Below, one piece after another: positions 61,147 to 64,000 of a stretch of DNA of 64,000 nt (position 1 is the stretch's first letter; every line of letters starts with the position of its first letter). A program made the translations under genes and the position numbers. The notes under the pieces are model-generated. The model made no database searches. It saw only the letters and a program-made list of their open reading frames with translations, and had not been told where the DNA came from. This stretch comes from Alphaproteobacteria bacterium (GTDB lineage: Bacteria > Pseudomonadota > Alphaproteobacteria > UBA2136 > UBA6156), in the NCBI GenBank assembly GCA_027485835.1, contig JAIXQG010000001.1:2948-66947 (forward strand), written 5' to 3'.

Positions 61147-62469
61147 TTAGGCCTTGGATGGGCGACCCAGCGGGAAGTAATGCAGGCCCGCGGCTTTAGC
61201 TTCTTCCATGGTGAACAGGTTGCGCAGGTCGACCAGTTTGGATTCACTCAGAGTAGTCTTCAGGCTGCCGAGATTGAGATTACGGAAGTCGACCCATTCG
61301 GTCAGGATAACGGCGCTGTCGGCACCGTTCAGCGCTTCTTCAGTGCTGTTGACATAGGTCAAGGTAGGCATCAGTTGCTTGGCGCGCGGCATGGCGGCGG
61401 GGTCGAACGCCACGATTTTGGCACCCATGCTTTGCAGGCGCGGCAGAATGGTGAGGGACGAGGCATCGCGCATGTCGTCGGTGTTGGCCTTGAAGGCGAG
61501 ACCGAGGACGGCGATGGTTTTGCCGCTGACACCGCCGAGGTTGGCGGCGATACGGTCGGCCATTTGCTCTTTGATGTTCTGGTTGGTGCGGATGGTTTCT
61601 TCCACGAGGTTGAGTTGAACACCGTGGTCGCGGGCGGTTTTGGCCAGTGCGTTGGTGTCCTTCGGGAAGCAGCTACCGCCGTAGCCCGGGCCCGGTTGCA
61701 GGAAGCGGGGTGCGATGCGGCTATCGAGACCCATACCGCGCGAGACGCTGAGAATGTCGGCGCCGACTTTATCGCAGAGGGAGATCAGTTCGTTGATGAA
61801 CGTGATTTTGGTCGCGAGGAAGGCGTTGGCGGCGTACTTGATCAGCTCGGAGCTGGCGCGGTTGGTTACGTGCAGGGTTACGCCTTGGTCCATTTGCGGC
61901 TTGTAGATGGAGGCCATCATGGCGCGGGCGCGCTCGCTTTCGACACCCACCACCACACGGTCAGGGTGCATGAAGTCGCCCACGGCTTCGCCTTCGCGGA
62001 GGAATTCCGGGTTGCTGGTGACGTCGAAGTCGGCTGTCGGGTTGGTAGCGCGGATAGCGTCTTCCACCAGTTGGCCGGTACCGACCGGTACGGTGCTTTT
62101 GTTCACGATAACGGTGTAGCCCTTAAGGTGTTTGGCCAGTTGCTCGGCAGCGGCCTTCACGTATTGCAGGTCGGCCGAGCCGTCTTCATCCTGCGGGGTG
62201 CCTACGGCGATGAAGATGGCGTCGGAGTCGGGGACGACCGATGCGAGGTCTGTCGTAAAGTGCAGGCGGCCAGCCTTGGCGTTACGGCGTACCATTTCTT
62301 CCAGGCCCGGTTCGTAAATCGGGATAATGCCGTCGTTCTTGAGGTTATCGATCTTGGTTTGGTCGACGTCGACACAGGTCACGTTAAAGCCCATTTCGGC
62401 AAAGCAGGTGCCACTTACGAGGCCTACGTAGCCGGTGCCGATCATGGTGAGGTTTCGGGCTTGAATCAT
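61147..62469 (-). CDS. ugd: UDP-glucose 6-dehydrogenase
   Basis: MIGTGYVGLVSGTCFAEMG (NAD-binding) and catalytic GGSCFPKD. Confidence 0.97.
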   Translation of the reverse strand: MIQARNLTMIGTGYVGLVSGTCFAEMGFNVTCVDVDQTKIDNLKNDGIIPIYEPGLEEMVRRNAKAGRLHFTTDLASVVPDSDAIFIAVGTPQDEDGSADLQYVKAAAEQLAKHLKGYTVIVNKSTVPVGTGQLVEDAIRATNPTADFDVTSNPEFLREGEAVGDFMHPDRVVVGVESERARAMMASIYKPQMDQGVTLHVTNRASSELIKYAANAFLATKITFINELISLCDKVGADILSVSRGMGLDSRIAPRFLQPGPGYGGSCFPKDTNALAKTARDHGVQLNLVEETIRTNQNIKEQMADRIAANLGGVSGKTIAVLGLAFKANTDDMRDASSLTILPRLQSMGAKIVAFDPAAMPRAKQLMPTLTYVNSTEEALNGADSAVILTEWVDFRNLNLGSLKTTLSESKLVDLRNLFTMEEAKAAGLHYFPLGRPSKA

Positions 62470-62624
62470 GGATAATGTCCTTTCTCTACAGGCGCTTTGA
62501 CGCGTTTAACGGCTGATGTATAGGCTTGAATGGCATCAGTGGCAAGGGGAAATGGCAGTAAAATAGCCCTTTTTTGGCTGAAAAGGCTGGAAATACAAGG
62601 GAGGCGGGAGGTTGAGATGAAATT

Positions 62625-62699
62625 TGGCAGGGGAGACAGGACTTGAACCTGCAACCAATGGTTTTGGAGACCACTACTCTACCATTGAGCCACTCCCCT
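62625..62699 (-). tRNA. tRNA-Trp (anticodon CCA)
   Basis: Hand-folded. The acceptor stem is AGGGGAG/CTCCCCT. The anticodon stem-loop is GTGGT-CTCCAAA-ACCAT. The T loop is TTCAAGT, and the CCA end is encoded. Confidence 0.95.
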
Positions 62700-62764
62700 A
62701 CACGGGCGGTTTATGGCACGGGTGAGGGGAGGATTCAAGAGGTTTTGTGCGTTTGAAGTGCAGG

Positions 62765-63361
62765 CTACATGAGCTTTTGTACAGCCCAGAACGCCATGAC
62801 GCCTAGGATGGAGCCGATAACAAGGCTGGAGAGCGTGAGCAGGTGGCCCAGCAGCACGGTGAGACCATCGCGGAACAGCACGCCGAGCGCCATAACGATA
62901 TTGGCAAATGCGGGCAGGGTGTTACCGAACGGGATGGGGAGGAACACGATGATCGCGTTGATCATCACCATAAACCCGATAACGCGGAGCGGGAAGCCTT
63001 TGGTGAGGTGGGATTGGCGGGGTTTGCACAGCCGCTCGGCGTACTCGTAAGCCTTCGCCATTTTGAGGAGAATGTTGCGGGCGGTGTCGGTATTGAGGTC
63101 GTAGTCGTTAATCTTATTGGGGAGCTTTACGGTTTTTTTACCGGCGAACCATGCAAGGCCCACGATAAACATTGCAGGGCTGAAGAGGCTGCCGAAGGGG
63201 ATGCCCGTGCTGGGCAGCAAGCCGGGAATGGAGACTAACAGCAGCATGGTGCCGAGAACTTCCTCGGAATGCGCTTGTAGCAGGGTTTTGACCGAAATCT
63301 GGCCTTTTTTGGGCAGGGAATTAGCTTGCTCGCGCGTCGCTTGGGAGAGGATTTTGCTCAT
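62765..63361 (-). CDS. exoD: exopolysaccharide synthesis protein ExoD family
   Basis: About 200-aa membrane protein with a typical ExoD layout (..LLLVSIPGLLPSTGIPFGS.., four TM helices). Confidence 0.7.
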   Translation of the reverse strand: MSKILSQATREQANSLPKKGQISVKTLLQAHSEEVLGTMLLLVSIPGLLPSTGIPFGSLFSPAMFIVGLAWFAGKKTVKLPNKINDYDLNTDTARNILLKMAKAYEYAERLCKPRQSHLTKGFPLRVIGFMVMINAIIVFLPIPFGNTLPAFANIVMALGVLFRDGLTVLLGHLLTLSSLVIGSILGVMAFWAVQKLM

Positions 63362-63367
63362 GTGCCG

Positions 63368-63874
63368 TTATGCCCGTGGGAAGAGGCCGAGGTCAAGCTG
63401 TTCTACCGTGTGGCCCCAGCTTTGGATGGCGTTTAGGAGGTTTTGTGGCGTGAGCGACGTGGTTTGCGTGTTGATGAGCGGGTGCGAATGGACGTGGGTG
63501 TGGGCCATGATGCCGCTATCCAGAATAAACCGAAGGCTGCCCGGTTTGGCGTTGATGAGTGTGAGCGGGCTGACCGAGCCCGGGGTGACGCCGAGGTAGT
63601 CCATCAGCGTAGGTTCGTCGGCGAAGGAGAGGCGGTCCTTCGCGCCCAGATGTTTGCCGAGGGCGTTGAGGTTGAGCGAACGGTCTTGCAGTGACGTGAT
63701 GAGGAAGAAGTTCTTGGCTTTGTCCTTCACGAACAGGTTTTTGACGTGCGCGCCGGGGAGGTGGTCGGTGATGCCTTCACCCTCTGCTACCGTAAAGACG
63801 GCGGCATGGTGGTGGTTTTCGTACGGGATGTTGAGTTGGCCAAGGGCTTGGAGGAGGGATTCGGGCGTATGCAT
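63368..63874 (-). CDS. YbaK/ProX-type aminoacyl-tRNA deacylase (prolyl-tRNA synthetase-associated domain)
   Basis: VKNLFVKDKAKNFFLITS......L..HLGAKDRLSFADEPTLMDYLGVTPGSVSPL. Confidence 0.8.
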   Translation of the reverse strand: MHTPESLLQALGQLNIPYENHHHAAVFTVAEGEGITDHLPGAHVKNLFVKDKAKNFFLITSLQDRSLNLNALGKHLGAKDRLSFADEPTLMDYLGVTPGSVSPLTLINAKPGSLRFILDSGIMAHTHVHSHPLINTQTTSLTPQNLLNAIQSWGHTVEQLDLGLFPRA

Positions 63875-63886
63875 GTCGTTTCGCTT

Positions 63887-64000
63887 CTATTTAACGAACA
63901 GCAACATAAAGCCAAGTGCGATGGCTGCCAAGGCGAATCCGGTGCGTTTGGTGAGGGGGAGGTCGCGCGTGGCGAGGTCGTACACCGCAAACAGGGCGGC
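63887..64000 (-). CDS. 3' end of a membrane-protein gene truncated by the window edge
   Basis: The minus-strand frame reads ...AALFAVYDLATRDLPLTKRTGFALAAIALGFMLLFVK and stops at TAG (63889-63887). Only 37 codons are visible. Confidence 0.3.
   Translation of the reverse strand, partial: AALFAVYDLATRDLPLTKRTGFALAAIALGFMLLFVK

Noticed and set aside
61132-62475. 447-aa plus-strand ORF exactly antisense to ugd
   Set aside because: The minus-strand frame carries unambiguous Ugd motifs (GTGYVG, GGSCFPKD). The antisense frame is a low-complexity, Gly/Val/Ala/Asp-rich product typical of stop-poor antisense frames in GC-rich DNA.

Overview
This is a 64-kb chromosomal segment from a divergent, probably alphaproteobacterial, organism. 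Spot counts of a few lines give about 60% G+C over most of it. No database search was possible, so every product call rests on motifs I recognise in the supplied translations. The taxon call rests on the 16S gene at 54999-56491, the recG-sdhE-mfd and rpmH-rnpA-yidD-yidC synteny, xseB-ispA, an MbfA-type ferritin/VIT1 fusion, an ELM1-like protein and a membrane-anchored cytochrome c.

The backbone is housekeeping:
- hemF, cspA, grxD, bolA, ssb, recG, mfd, smpB, rpoZ, topA, yidC, glyQS, ispA, fabI and ugd.
- Two tRNAs: Ser-GCU and Trp-CCA.
- One 16S rRNA gene that has its own promoter, processing stem and terminator, with no tRNA or 23S gene downstream.

Observations not explained by ordinary annotation:
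1. A visibly low-GC, 7.7-kb two-gene module (11.2-18.9 kb). It encodes a roughly 1850-aa polytopic membrane protein with a roughly 1000-aa helical and Gly-rich tail, plus a 701-aa cytoplasmic partner. Neither has a recognisable motif. This is my best candidate for an undescribed system.
2. A family of secreted cysteine-rich proteins that share the mature N-terminus QERTAGGSLQTE. There is a tandem pair at 20.7-21.8 kb and a third member at 2.1-2.6 kb.
3. Four copies of a roughly 100-nt nested-hairpin intergenic repeat, each placed 9-23 nt after the stop codon of a plus-strand gene.
4. Two paralogous, unannotated 48-50-aa His/Cys-containing ORFs flanking an XRE regulator. Each has its own promoter-like sequence, a conserved roughly 105-nt leader, a Shine-Dalgarno (SD) sequence and a terminator.
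5. A roughly 30-35% GC orphan gene and a UUCG-rich structured RNA candidate directly behind the 16S gene.
6. Three compensated base-pair swaps in the normally invariant 16S decoding helix.

I saw no CRISPR array, transposase, integrase or prophage genes.
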